From an uncultured Verrucomicrobiae bacterium (GTDB lineage Bacteria; Verrucomicrobiota; Verrucomicrobiia; Chthoniobacterales; Chthoniobacteraceae): a stretch of 64,000 bases of DNA. This document shows, piece by piece, positions 19,944 to 31,772 of this stretch. How positions within the stretch are numbered: the first letter of the stretch is position 1; every line of letters begins with the position of its first letter. The notes under the pieces are model-generated. The model saw nothing but the letters and a program-made list of their open reading frames with translations, ran no database searches and was not told the DNA's origin. The translations under genes were made by a program, and so were the position numbers. The stretch spans positions 928,001 to 992,000 of the forward strand of contig CAVYKI010000009.1 of the NCBI GenBank assembly GCA_963769025.1, read 5' to 3'.

Positions 19944-22900
19944 CAGCGGCTCCTGCCGAGTTCCTCGTAGTATCGCCGCACGCGGTCCGAGTATTTCGTG
20001 GGAACAGGATCGCGATCGATGGGCACAAGCGCCTCCTTGGATTCACGCCGCGCGAGTTCCTGGCTGATCCGATCCCGCAGCTCCGCCAGCGGCTTGCCGA
20101 TCTGCATTTTTACGATGTCCCACTTCGGTTCCGCTGCGTTCCTCTTGAACTCCGAGCGCATGACCTTTGCCGCCTCGCGGATGTCCGCGACCTCGCGGCG
20201 CAGTTCCGGCGCATCGAGCATCTCCTCCACATTCCGCAAACGGTCGGACCAGTCCACAAAGCCATCGCCGGTAAGCGGCGCACGCTGGTCAAACTGCGAA
20301 CCGCCAAGTGGTCCGCCGCCTCCCCCGCCAGCGTTGTTCGCGCCGCCGCGCGTGCCCGTCGAAGACGCGAGTTGGGCAAGCCGCGACGACACCTTTCCGT
20401 CCTGCTCCTTGCCGGGTGCACGTCCGGATTGCTGCGCGGAAGATTGATCTTGCCCGCCCTTGCCGTCACCGGACCCGCTGCCCGAGGAGGCGCTCTGCCC
20501 TCCTTTCGATCCGGGCTGGTCGCCGGGCGATTCCCCCTTCCCGCCATCTCCGCCTTTCCCCTCACCTTCGCCCTTGCCCTCGCCCTTGCCTTCACCGGCA
20601 CTCCGAGCCATCTCGCCTTTCCCGTTCTTGCCGGGTTGTCCGCTACCTTCGCCAACCTGCTTTGCTTCCTGCCCAGGCTTTCCATTTTCACTCTGCCCAC
20701 CCGCTTTACCTCCCTTTGAAGGCTGCCCATTTTCGCCCTTCGCTTGTTGGCCATTTCCCTTCTCCGCGGAACCTTCACCGTCGCTGCCATCCTTACCCTT
20801 CTCCCCTTGCGATGGCGCGGAAGCAGCTTGGCCTTCGCCTGCACGCTTGCCCTCGTCTCCTGGCTCCTTGCCTTCACCCGGTTGCCGCGAATCACCGCGT
20901 TTGGAGTCCCCGTCGCCCTTTCCGTCCGGCGAATTTTCTCCGTCGCGTCCCATCCGTTCGGCATTCTCGGCAAGGTCGGGCCTCGCATTGGCAATTTCCT
21001 GATCGAGCTGCTTCCGGAGCGAGTCGAGTTCCGCCCGCGCCTGGCGCAACGCCTCCGCTTCATCGCCCAGCACGCTCTCCGCCGCCCGCTCGACGCCTGA
21101 TTTCACTTTCTCCACCTCGCCGCGCGCCTTCTCCTCGAATTGCTTCACCTGCGCACCGTAGCCGCGCCGCGCAAGTTCGCCCGCCTTCTGCAAAGTCTCA
21201 TCCGTGCCTGCCTGCGTGTTCTCGCGAAGCGTGTCGTAGAGCTGCTTCGCCAGCAAAGGCTCCGCCGCTTCCGCATCCGCGGAAACGCGCTGCATCTGCT
21301 CGCGCACATCGTTGAGCCCCTTTTGCTGACGCTCGAAATCCTGCGAAAGCTTCTCCTGCGGGCTTGAACCGTCGAGCGTCCGCCTCTCGTTGCCCTTCGG
21401 TTTCGCGTCGAGCTGCTCCGCGATCTCCTGCTGACGCTGCGCCAGTTCGCGCGCATCCGCACGCATCTGCCGCATCTCATCCTTGAACTGTCCGCTCGCC
21501 TTTTTGCGCAGGTCGTCGCGCATCTTCTGGAATCCCTCCTCCGCACGCTTGCCCTCCGCGAGCGCCCGCGACGACTCGCCCTTCTGCATGGATTCCGCGG
21601 CCTGCTGCGCATCGTTCCGCGTCTTTTCGAGCTGCTTCCGCTCCTCGGAAAAGCGCGACTGGTTCTCGCTCTTGTCGAGCTTCTGCCGGAGTTCGTCCGC
21701 ATCGGCGAGGAGCTGCTGCTGCTCCTCCTGCAGACGCTTGAGCTGACGCTTCGCCTCCTCGCGCTCCTTTTCCGTCTTCGCCTCCTCCATCGCAGTCTGC
21801 AGTTCCTTCACGCGTTCGTTGATGTCCTGCTGCCGCTGCGCGAGCTCCTTCAGGCGGTTCAAAACGGCGAGCTGCTCCTTTTGCTGTTCGTTCTGCGGCT
21901 GCTCGGCCTCCTTCTGCGTCTCGTAACGCTTCTTCTCGTCCTTCATCTCGAGCTGGTCGAGCTGTGCACGGTTCCTCTCACCCTGCTGGCCCTTGCCTTT
22001 GCCCTGCTGCTGGTTCCGCTGCACGCGAAACTCATGCGCCGCCAGTTTCAGCAGCCCGTTGTAAGCCGCCTGTTCCGCCGCGAGCGCCTCCGCCAGCGGC
22101 GCGGTGGACTTCTCCGCGGCAGTTAGGTGATTCAATGCGCGCTCCATTTCCAGAATCACGTTCGCGACGAGTGCGGCGGACTTCGGCTCCTCGATTTTCT
22201 CCGCGAGCTTCTGCGCCATGCCGAGGGCCTCCGCCTGCGAATCCTTCACCACCGGCTCGTCCTTCAGGTACTTCTCACTCGGCGCAGCCGCACCACCCTG
22301 ATCCTCGCTCCGTTTCAGATTCCACGTCGCGCTGATGATCTGCTTCTGCAGATCCGCCAGCTTCGTCGCCTCCTCGCCCTGCCCGCCGCCTTGCTGCGAC
22401 TGCCCGCCGGCGCTTTCGTCGCCGGGCCGGTAGATTTCCTCGAAAGGCCGCACCTCGGCAAAAAACATGTCGCCCTCCGTCCGGCGCGGCTTTCCGTCCG
22501 GCCCCACGTCCTCGGCCCACACGTGCCACGACACGAGTTCGTCCACCTTCACGCCGATGTCCTCGAGCTTCAGCAGATGTTCGAGATGCAACCGCTCATC
22601 CGGCTTCGAATCGCGGGCGAGACGAAATCTCCTTCGTCTCGCCGCCACCGATGGAATAGCTGATGCCCGCCGCACGCAGGCCAAAATCGTCCCACGCCTC
22701 CACGCGGAACGCGATCTCCTCAATCTGCGAAACACGCTGGTCGCCCTTCGGCGTCACGACCTTCAGTTCCGGCCTGCGGTTCGGCAGCGCATCGAGCGTG
22801 AAGGTCGCCGGAAGCTTGTTCGATCGCGCCCTCCGCGTCTTTGAGTTTCAGCTCCCACACCGCGCTCGCGCGGACCGGGAAATCCTTCAACTCCGCCACG

Positions 22901-23898
22901 GCTTTTGCGGGATCGATCACCAGCGGCACCACGCTCCCGTCCTTCGCCACGAGCGAGGCGGAAGTCACCGGCTTGTTCAATTGGAACGAGACATCCAGCG
23001 TCGCGCCTTGCTCGGCACCGACGCGGCGCGTGTCCGCAATCACCTTGTCCGGCAGTTTCGCAAACTCGGGATGCCGCACCCGCGCATCCGCGCGTTCGAG
23101 CCGCGGATGCTCGAAGACCTTCACATGAAAATCGCGCGACGCGTGTCCGGAAAATTCCACACGATACGACAGGTCGCCCGGCACCTCGGGCACGCCTCCG
23201 CCGAAGACCGGATCATCGAGATTCTTCACCATCGCGATGCGCTGGACGGGCTTGTTCACCGGGCTGAGCACCAGCACCGCTTCGCTCGGCACGTTCTGGC
23301 CGAACTTCGCCAGCACCACGAGGCCGCTCCCACGTTCCAATTCCACATCCCCCGGTGTGACGCTGATCTCCTCCTCCACCATTCCCGCAACTGCGCGACC
23401 GACGTCTGCTTTCTCCCCGAGCAATCCCATGATCGCAAAGCCGAGCAACGCCAGCATTCCAAATTGAAATGCCGCCGCGGAGACCAGTTGGAGAGCCGGC
23501 ACCGTCCTCACACAATCGCGTCGCCGCACTTCCGCGACCGCATGGGCGACCACCCGTTGCTGGAGAAAGTTCAACGTACCGCCCTTCACCTCGGGGCTCT
23601 GTTCCACCGCGGTGAGCAGCAAGGCATGCAAGTCGGGATGCTGCGACTCCACGCTCCTCGCGATCGCCGCGTAATCGGCCTTTGAAACCGCAAGGTTCCT
23701 CCGGATGAGGACCCATGACAGCAAAATTCCAACCAGCAGCGCTCCAAGAGCGACGCCCTTTCCAACATGCATGGAGGCGCCCAGAAATCCCAATCCCGCG
23801 AGCGTGAGCCAACAGCCGCCCAGCAGCAGCATCAGGCGGCGGAATTTCTGACGCCGGACGATGGGTTCCAGCGCGGTCTTGAGCAGCGGAAGAGTCAT
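19943..23898 (-). CDS. Large membrane-anchored coiled-coil protein (DUF4175-like), frameshifted near 22630-22830
   Basis: N-terminal TM segments in ORF 22720..23997 (ATG 23898); long Q/E/K coiled coil and Gly-rich tract in ORF 19943..22735; ends DPVP.KY...VRRYYE.L. Confidence 0.75.
20556..20597 (-). repeat. Coding tandem repeat encoding GEGKGEGKGEGEGK
   Basis: Imperfect 12-nt units in the Gly-rich tract. Confidence 0.6.
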
Positions 23899-25967
23899 GA
23901 TGAGACCTCGGGGTTGCGGCGGGTTGCGGAAAGCTTCGCAGCGATGGCGGTTTCCACCAGCAGGAACATCACGGCGGCGATGACCAGCCAGCGCCACAAT
24001 TTCTGCCGCTGCTCCACCTCCATCGCCAGCGCGTGGACGCCCTCGGCGGCAGCCTTCTGCGAACCGGCATCGCCGGCTTCACCCATCGGCATCGCGAGCG
24101 CGGCGAGCTGGTCTCGACCGAGCGGCGATGTCCGGCTCTCCTCGGGATCGAGATTCACGACGAAGCGCAGTTCGCCCGGATTCGCGACATAGATTCCTGG
24201 CTGGTCCGTTCCTGCGAAATTTCCACCCTCAGCCACCGGAACTTCCGACCCATCAGCCTTCCGCATCGTGTAGGCTTTTGGTCCGGGAGGGAGCGCGATT
24301 TCATCGCCGACAAAATATTGCGCCTTCGCCGGCGGAAGCCCCGCGCTGTCGTCGAGCATCGAGTGCAGGAGCGGCACGAACTTCGAGGAAAGCGCGAGCT
24401 GGCTGTCCACCGGGCGCCAGCTGCTCGTGAGCACGATCACCCCGCCCTTGCCGAGAGGAACCTTCATGATCGCCGGGTCGCGGTTGTCGAAACTCGCGAG
24501 CACTTGGGCGCCCGGCAGTTTCGTCGCATCGATCCTGCGGTGATGCCAGAAATGGATCTTCGTGAAATCGCTGAACCGGGGATCGGCAAACGGCGCAAAC
24601 AACGGGCTCTGAAAATCGATCTGCGCGAGCAGCGCGAAGTCACGCGCAGCAGCCTCCTCCGCTGCAAGCCCGGGTATTTCCAGCAATCGCCCCAATGCCC
24701 CCGCGCTCTCGGCGTTGGTCATCGGAAAGACGACCAGCCGCCCATCGCGCGCGAACTGACGCGCCGCGGCAAGCTGCGAATCCGTCGCTCCGTCGCCGAT
24801 GAAGATCATCTGTGCCTTTTGCAGTTCAAATGCCGCGACTGCGTCCCCCGCCCTCCGCGCGGAAATTTCGACAATCTCCTGCATCGTCTGCGGAAACGCA
24901 CGCCGCAGATAGAACAGCGATCCCCGGATGTCGTCCTCCGCGTCGGTGCCGAGGAACATCACCGGCACACGGCGCGGCTGCGGCGGGAGCAGCCACAGCG
25001 CATTGTCAAAATCGGCGGCATCGCCCGTCAGCACGAGTCTGTTCGCGCCCTCGGGAAGTTTCGGGATGCTGATCACGGTGCTCTGGCCCGCCGGGACGTA
25101 GGCATCGAGCCCAGCGTCGGCCTCCGCCCCCCAAGCCAGACGAAACCGCTCGGACGTCGCCTCTGCTGCGTTATGAATTCGCAAGCGCATCTTCTCATCC
25201 TTGTCAGCCGCCTCCTTCTGTTCTCCGCCGACGAGCCACTGCGCCGATGCATTGCCCGGCTTCGTCGCATTCACCGACTCAAATCGCACCGTCACGTTTG
25301 GCGGCCATTCCAGTCCCTGAAGTCCGTCGAGCCTCGCCCCCTCCTGCATGTCGCTGATGACGACAATCTCCCCGCGCGCCGGAGTGGTTTGCCGGGCGCC
25401 GCTGATAAGGTCCAGCGCCTGCAAAACGGCCGCGCCCAGATTCGTCCCCGCCCATCCGGGGCTCGCAGCCGCCAGTTGCCGGATCGCCGCGGGGACGCGT
25501 TGATCGACGGGCATCGTGCTCCATTGCTCCATGTCCATGAGCACTCGCGGAGTTCGATCGAAGGCCAGCACCGCCACGGCGTCCAGCGGCGTCATCGTCT
25601 TCAGCAGCGCCTCCGCCCTTTCCTGTGCCTGCTTCCAGAGCGTCTCGCGCCGCATGCTCGCGCTCACATCCACGAGGATTGCCAACCGCCTCGCCTGGGC
25701 ACCCGCATCGGCTGTCTTCGCGCTGCTCTCGCGGAAAAAAGGACGCGCAAAGCCGAATGCCAGCGCGAGCAATACGAGACATCGCAGCAGCAGCAGCCAC
25801 AGATTTTCGATGCGGCTCTTGCTCGTGACGCGTGGCGGCGTCGGCTGCAGGAACATGAGCGTGCTGAACGGCTTCACCTCGCGCGTCGTGCGGCGGATGA
25901 GGTGGAAAATGATCGGCCCCACGACCGCCAGCGCACCGAGCAGAAAGAGCGGCGAGAGGAAGTTCAT
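23895..25967 (-). CDS. BatA-like N-terminal TM domain + vWA protein
   Basis: MNFLSPLFLLG...PIIFHL, DVSASM MIDAS, ISDMQ, C-terminal TM LWRWL...ETA. Confidence 0.87.
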   Translation of the reverse strand: MNFLSPLFLLGALAVVGPIIFHLIRRTTREVKPFSTLMFLQPTPPRVTSKSRIENLWLLLLRCLVLLALAFGFARPFFRESSAKTADAGAQARRLAILVDVSASMRRETLWKQAQERAEALLKTMTPLDAVAVLAFDRTPRVLMDMEQWSTMPVDQRVPAAIRQLAAASPGWAGTNLGAAVLQALDLISGARQTTPARGEIVVISDMQEGARLDGLQGLEWPPNVTVRFESVNATKPGNASAQWLVGGEQKEAADKDEKMRLRIHNAAEATSERFRLAWGAEADAGLDAYVPAGQSTVISIPKLPEGANRLVLTGDAADFDNALWLLPPQPRRVPVMFLGTDAEDDIRGSLFYLRRAFPQTMQEIVEISARRAGDAVAAFELQKAQMIFIGDGATDSQLAAARQFARDGRLVVFPMTNAESAGALGRLLEIPGLAAEEAAARDFALLAQIDFQSPLFAPFADPRFSDFTKIHFWHHRRIDATKLPGAQVLASFDNRDPAIMKVPLGKGGVIVLTSSWRPVDSQLALSSKFVPLLHSMLDDSAGLPPAKAQYFVGDEIALPPGPKAYTMRKADGSEVPVAEGGNFAGTDQPGIYVANPGELRFVVNLDPEESRTSPLGRDQLAALAMPMGEAGDAGSQKAAAEGVHALAMEVEQRQKLWRWLVIAAVMFLLVETAIAAKLSATRRNPEVSS

Positions 25968-26920
25968 GCCGCGCCCTTCCTGCGGATGAGCTTCCCGCGG
26001 ACCGAACGCGCCTTCAGGAAATCAAACAGCGCGAGTTCGAGCGGCTTCGACGTGTCCAGGAGCACGTGACTGATGCCAAGCCCTTCGCACGAGGCGCGCA
26101 CCGACTCCACATGAGCCTCCAGCCGGCGCACATAATCCGCGCGCGCGAGCGAAGGATCGAGGAACAGATCGCGCCCGGTTTCCATGTCGAGAAAACGCGC
26201 GGCCTGATCGAAATCGAACGTGCGCTCCGCGGGATCGAGCACCTGGAAGACGATCACCTCATGCCGGCTCGCGGTGAGCAGTGACAGCGCGTCGGAAAGC
26301 GCATCCACCGGCGCGAGCAGATCGCTGATGAGCACGATGAGGCTGCGTTTCCTCACCAATTCCGCGATGCGCCGCAGCGGCGTGGCGAGATCCGTGCTGC
26401 TGCCGGATGCCGGCTTTTCCAGCGCGAGCATGAGCTGGCGCAGATGACCGGGACGGTTCCGCGCAGGCAGGTATTCGCGCACCTGTTCGTCGAACGTGAG
26501 CAGCCCCGTGGCGTCGCCCTGATGCGAAAGAAAATACGCGAGCGTCGCCGCGAGCGTGCGGGCGTAGTCGGCCTTCGTGTATCCGCGCGAGCCGAAGGTC
26601 ATCGACCGGCTGCCATCGACCAGCAGGTGGCAACGCAGGTTCGTCTCGTCCTCGAATTTCTTGATGAAATAGCGATCGGTCCGCGCGACGAGCTTCCAGT
26701 CGAGATACCGCGGATCGTCGCCCGGCGTGTACTGCCGATATTCGGTGAACTCGACCGAGAACCCGTGATACGGGCTGCGATGAATCCCGTGCCAGAAACC
26801 CTCGACGATCGCGCGCGCCCGCAGTTCGAGGTTGCGGATCGCCATCAGCGCCGCGGGATCGAGAAATGACGCGCCGCCCGCCTGGGCTGGGCTTGTCGAA
26901 TTCGGCGGCGCTACGGACAT
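25964..26920 (-). CDS. DUF58 (vWA-like) protein
   Basis: G.HRS...G.SVEF.EYRQY.PGDD.R.LDW, FEDETN, DGSRSM, ISD. Confidence 0.92.
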   Translation of the reverse strand: MSVAPPNSTSPAQAGGASFLDPAALMAIRNLELRARAIVEGFWHGIHRSPYHGFSVEFTEYRQYTPGDDPRYLDWKLVARTDRYFIKKFEDETNLRCHLLVDGSRSMTFGSRGYTKADYARTLAATLAYFLSHQGDATGLLTFDEQVREYLPARNRPGHLRQLMLALEKPASGSSTDLATPLRRIAELVRKRSLIVLISDLLAPVDALSDALSLLTASRHEVIVFQVLDPAERTFDFDQAARFLDMETGRDLFLDPSLARADYVRRLEAHVESVRASCEGLGISHVLLDTSKPLELALFDFLKARSVRGKLIRRKGAA

Positions 26921-26929
26921 GGACTGGCG

Positions 26930-27943
26930 CTATTTCACCGTCTCCAGGATGCGTTCAATCACCTTCTCGACCGTCACGCCTTCCGCCTCGGCGCGATAGT
27001 TCACCAGCACGCGATGCCGCAGCACCGGCGCGGCAAGCGCGATGATGTCCTCCTTCGTCACGTGCGCGCGGCCATGCGAGCAGCGCGCGGGCCTTTGCGC
27101 CGAGGATGAGGAACTGCGCGGCACGCGTCCCCGCGCCCCAGCTCACCCAGTCGTTCACGAAATCCGGCGTGCCCGCCTGCCGCGGACGCGTGGCTGCGAC
27201 GCAAGCCGCACGGCGAAACGCACGAGGTCTTCCGCGATCGGCACCTTCCGCACGAGCTCGTGGAATCGCAGCACGTCCTCGCCCGTGAAAAGCGGCTCGA
27301 TGGCTTCGCCAGCCGCGGCGGTCGTCCGCTGCACCACGGCGACCTCGTCGTCCTCGGGCAGGTAGTCGATCACCACGTTGAACATGAACCGGTCGAGCTG
27401 CGCCTCGGGCAGCGGATACGTGCCTTCCATTTCGATCGGGTTCTGCGTCGCGAGCACGAAGAACGGCTCCGGCAGCGCATAGCGCCGCCCGCCCGCGGTG
27501 ACCTGATGCTCCTGCATCGCCTCGAGCAGCGCGGCCTGCGTCTTCGGCGGCGTGCGGTTGATTTCGTCCGCCAGCAGCATGTTGCCGAAGATCGGCCCCG
27601 GCACGAACACGAGCTCGCGGCCATCCGCGCCTTCCTGCAGGATCTCCACGCCCGTGATGTCCGTCGGCATGAGGTCCGGCGTGAACTGAATGCGGCGGAA
27701 CTCGAGGTGAAAAATCTGCGCGATGGATTTCACGAGCAGCGTCTTCGCCAGACCCGGCGCGCCGGTGATCAGGCAGTGCCCGCCCGCAAACAGCGCGATG
27801 AGGATCTGCTCGATCACCTCGTGCTGCCCGACGATGACCTTGCCGAGTTCCTTCAGGATCCGCGGACGCGCTGCCGTGAGTTGTTCGAACGTTGCGGCAT
27901 CGCCGTCGGGTGTTGAAACGCTGCTGGCTGGCTGGGTGGTCAT
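26930..27943 (-). CDS. MoxR-family AAA+ ATPase (frameshifted near the 3' end)
   Basis: [55 protein letters not shown]-terminal PVLRHR in ORF 26930..27124. Confidence 0.92.
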
Positions 27944-27975
27944 GGATGAAAGTGCGGGCGCGCGATGCGGGAGTC

Positions 27976-28904
27976 TCAGTGCGTCATCGCGTAGAAGATG
28001 ATGTTGATGCCCAGCGGGTACGCCTTCTTCTCGGAGAACTCGTGGAAGTAATAGTCGTTCTCGCCTTCGCGCTCCCAGCCGTCGCCGTTGTCGGTGTTGT
28101 GGCTGGCGATGACCATGATGCGCCCCTTGTCGTCGAAGATGCCGCGGATGTGCATTTCGTGCAATCCTCGTAGCTGCCGTCCTTTCGGATGTCGCTCCCA
28201 CGTCACCGCCGCTGTACTGGCTCGTCGCGCCCGTGCGCCACGTTTGGGCATCTGGAGATTGAGCTCGTCCAGGCTGAGGTCGAAGACGCAGTGGAAGATC
28301 GGATGGTCCGCGGCAGTTCCACGAACTCGCGGTCGGGAAAGACCCGCTTCATTTGCTCCGCGAAGCACTCCCACTCGCCCTCGCCCCAGAAATCGTCGAC
28401 CATCAGGAAGCCGCCGTTGAGCAGGTAGCGGCGGAGGATGGGAACCTCCTCGTCGCTGCAAGAGCAGCGCGCCCGGCTCGACCATGTAGATGAACGGATA
28501 GTCGGACGAGTTCCGGGTCGGTGAGGTCGAAGGATGCGCCCATTCGGATCGACCTTCATCGAGGTCATCTGCTGGAGCCGGAAGGAGAGGTTCAGGTCGC
28601 GTCCGGGAAATCCGTGATCCAGCTCGCCGCACTCGGCCGCGCCGCTCGGATCGCTGTCGCGGATGATGCGCGACGAACGTGAAACACGTCCTTGTCAAAT
28701 CCGGGCGCATTCTTCCACATCGGGCGTGCCGGTGCTGTGCGATGCGATTTCGCGCGCCGTCTTCACCACGCGCACATCCACAGGGACTCCGCCTTCGCTG
28801 TAGTAGATCGGCCCGTCGCTGTATCGGCGGCTGCGGCGCTGCGCGAAGCTCAGGCTCGCGAACAACACGAGCATCACCACGAACATCGCGCCCCGTGATT
28901 TCAT
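27976..28904 (-). CDS. DUF4159 domain protein (multiple frameshifts)
   Basis: Signal peptide [59 protein letters not shown]. Confidence 0.8.
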
Positions 28905-31481
28905 GGCTTGGCCGCACTCTTCGCGGGGGCCTTCGATGCTTTCGACTGCCATCTCCAGCAAAAGCGCATGCGCCTCGCGGAAACGCGGCGCTTCCTCGAG
29001 CGCGAGCAGCACCTCGCGCTTCGCTCCCGCATCGCCCGTCGAGTGCAGGGCGCGGGCGAGGCGATAGTGGACCTCCGGCTGATCCGGCGGATTCAGCGCG
29101 AGCAGCGTGCGGTATGCGCGAATCGCACCGCGCCTTGTCGCCCGTGGCTTCGCGCGCCTCCGCGATGCGGTGATACGGCTCGTGGGCCAGCGGATTGACG
29201 CCGGTAAAATGCTCCGCGTTGGCGAGCACCGTTCGCCAGTCCTTGCGTGCGGCCGCGATTTCCATCAGCCGCGCGTAGGCCTCCGGAGCATCGCTGCAGA
29301 GCTCCGTGACCTTGTTCAGCATCGCCTCCTCAGCCGCAGCCTCGCCGAGTTCACGATGGGCGTGAGCGAGCAACGCGTACGCGCTCTCCGAATCATGCTG
29401 GTTGGGATAAAGTGCGATCAGTTTCAGCAAGGGGGCCTTGGCGGCCGCCCACTGCTTCTCCTTGAGCAGCGCCTTCGCCTGTTCCATCAGCGCCGTGAAG
29501 TTGTCCGGATTCCTCGCGATCCAATCCTTGAGCTTCGGCTCGCTCGCGATGTCAGCGGGTGCGGGCTTTGCCCAGTCGAGCTTCGGTCCGGTGCCGTTCG
29601 CGAGGCTGCGGGCGTGTGCTGCAAACTCGGCATCGAGTTTCTCCATCGGCGCAAAGTGCGCGGCGAGCGCGTCGTTGATCGCCACACCGCGCGCGAGATC
29701 CCCGAGCAGCGCCGCATCTTCTCCATCCCCCACTTTTTCACCAGCCACTCGACCACGAGCGACGACTCGTAATACGCGAACTGCAGATGCGCGCCGTCTT
29801 CGGGCGAAGGAAAGCTCCGCTGAGCTGGCTCACCGGCGTCAGATCCTTTCCCAGGATCATCGCGCGGTAACGCGGCGTCATGTGCTCACCCCAGTTGGCC
29901 CGTGCCTGCCGTTCCTCATAGACGCTGATGCCTTCGCTCAGCCAGCGCGGCATCTTGTTCTTCGTCAGCGTGAGCGTGACGACGTGCGTGAACTCGTGCC
30001 AGAGCACCGCCTGCCAGTTCGACGGACTCCCTGGGCGCGACGCGGGGCTGTTCGCAGTGATGACGCGGCCGAAACACACGCCCAGATAACCCGCGCCACC
30101 CGGCAGACCGAAGGTGCGAATCGCGAAATCCTTCTGATCGGGAAAAATCTCCACCATCGTCCGTTCACCGGGCGGCAAGCCGTATTTCTTCGTCAGCGTC
30201 GCGTGCGCACGCTCGAGCAGCGCGAGGACATCCGCGCCATAGACATCCGCCTCACGCGGATCCATGCGCACCTGAAAATGCTCGCTCTTCAGCACCCGGA
30301 AATGCGCGATGGTGTCGCGCAACTGCGTGAGGTTGAAAGCCACCACGTCGTAAGGGTCCGCCTTCTGCACCTCGTCCGCGAGCCGCCAGCCTTCCTCGTC
30401 GCGCCCCAGCCGCAGGAGATCCTGCGCGAGCTGAATCTTCGCCGGCAAGAAATCCGGTTCAAACTTGAGCGCCTGCCGCTGCAAGCTCCGCGCCCTCCGC
30501 AAACCGGTAATGCTGCGAAAGCTTGCGGCCGATGAGGTGCGGCACGGACGGATTGGTCGGCCACAGCTTCACCGCCTCGGCCCGCGAAGCCGCCGCACCT
30601 TTTGCATCCGAGCGGATATTCGCCAGCACTGCGCGGAACGCATGCGCCTCCGGGTGGCGGGGATTCACCCGCAACACCTCCGCGAGCTGCTTTTCGGCCT
30701 CGGAGTAGTTTTCCGAGTCGATCGCATGGTCCGCGAGCATCAGATGCGCACCAGCGTGGTTTGGATTCAGCTCCAGCGTCTTCTCGATCTGCTCCTCCGC
30801 GGCCTCGCTGTCGCTCGGCGCAAATGCGCGTGCCAGGCCAAAGTGAGCCTCCGAGTTCTCCGGAAACTTCTTCACCGCCGCCGCATAGCTCTTTGCCGCA
30901 AGTGCGAAGTCATGCTTCGCCAGCGCGAGATCACCGGTCGCCAGATAGGTGCCCGGAAAATCCGGATTCAGCTTTTTGACAGGATCGAAAAACAGCTCCG
31001 TGACCCGCTTCGGATCCGCCCCGAGGAGGATCGCCGCCCTTCCCAACGCCACGCGATCCGGAGGCTCGCGGTAGGCCCACTCGCGCTGCCCGCCGAAACG
31101 ATCCATCTCTTCCTTCAACGTTTTCGCGCGTTCCGTGTCACCATTGGCGCGGCAGACGTCGAAGCCCACGATCCGCAGCCGCATCGAATACGGGAATCGC
31201 TCAAGCGCCGCCGAAAGCACCTGTTGCGCCTCGGGGTACTTCCCCAGCGCCATCGACGCCTCGATCTTCAGCAGCGGCCAGTCCTCGACTTCAGGCTGAG
31301 TCTTTTCCGCCGCGCCCGCCACGTCCGCGGCATCGGCATATTTCCCCGCGAGCAACTGCTTGCGCACCGCATCGACATCCTCCGCGCTCAGGGCCGGCGC
31401 GCAGAAAGCGAAACTCGCCATCATCGCCACCGCCGACAATCCACCGCGGAAACCGAGCGGAAGAAAAGTCTGAAGCGACAT
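28901..31481 (-). CDS. Secreted TPR protein with HExxH zinc-metallopeptidase (peptidase MA-like) domain, frameshifted
   Basis: Signal peptide and TPRs (ORF 30459..31481); WHEFTH and PRWLSEG (ORF 29738..30502); C-terminal TPRs; exact stop uncertain. Confidence 0.8.
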
Positions 31482-31620
31482 CGCAGCCAGACTAGACCCC
31501 TCAAACTGCGTTCCTCAAGCAGTGACCTCGTAATTTCTCTGTGCGGGTCGGACGGAATTGCACTTTTCGCTTGCCCGGAATTTTCTTCTGCGGATAGTCA
31601 CCGCACTGTCTTTCAGCAAC

Positions 31621-31693
<73 letters not shown>

Positions 31694-31772
31694 CTCCTTC
31701 TTTGGTTCTCAAAAACGGAGCCGCTGGCTGGACTGGCCTCGAACCGCATCCGCTGCCACGAATCGCGAACAC

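Noticed and set aside
27976..29748. Apparent TPR-DUF4159 fusion ORF of 590 aa
   Set aside because: Chimeric reading caused by indels; DUF4159 has its own signal peptide and ATG at 28904.
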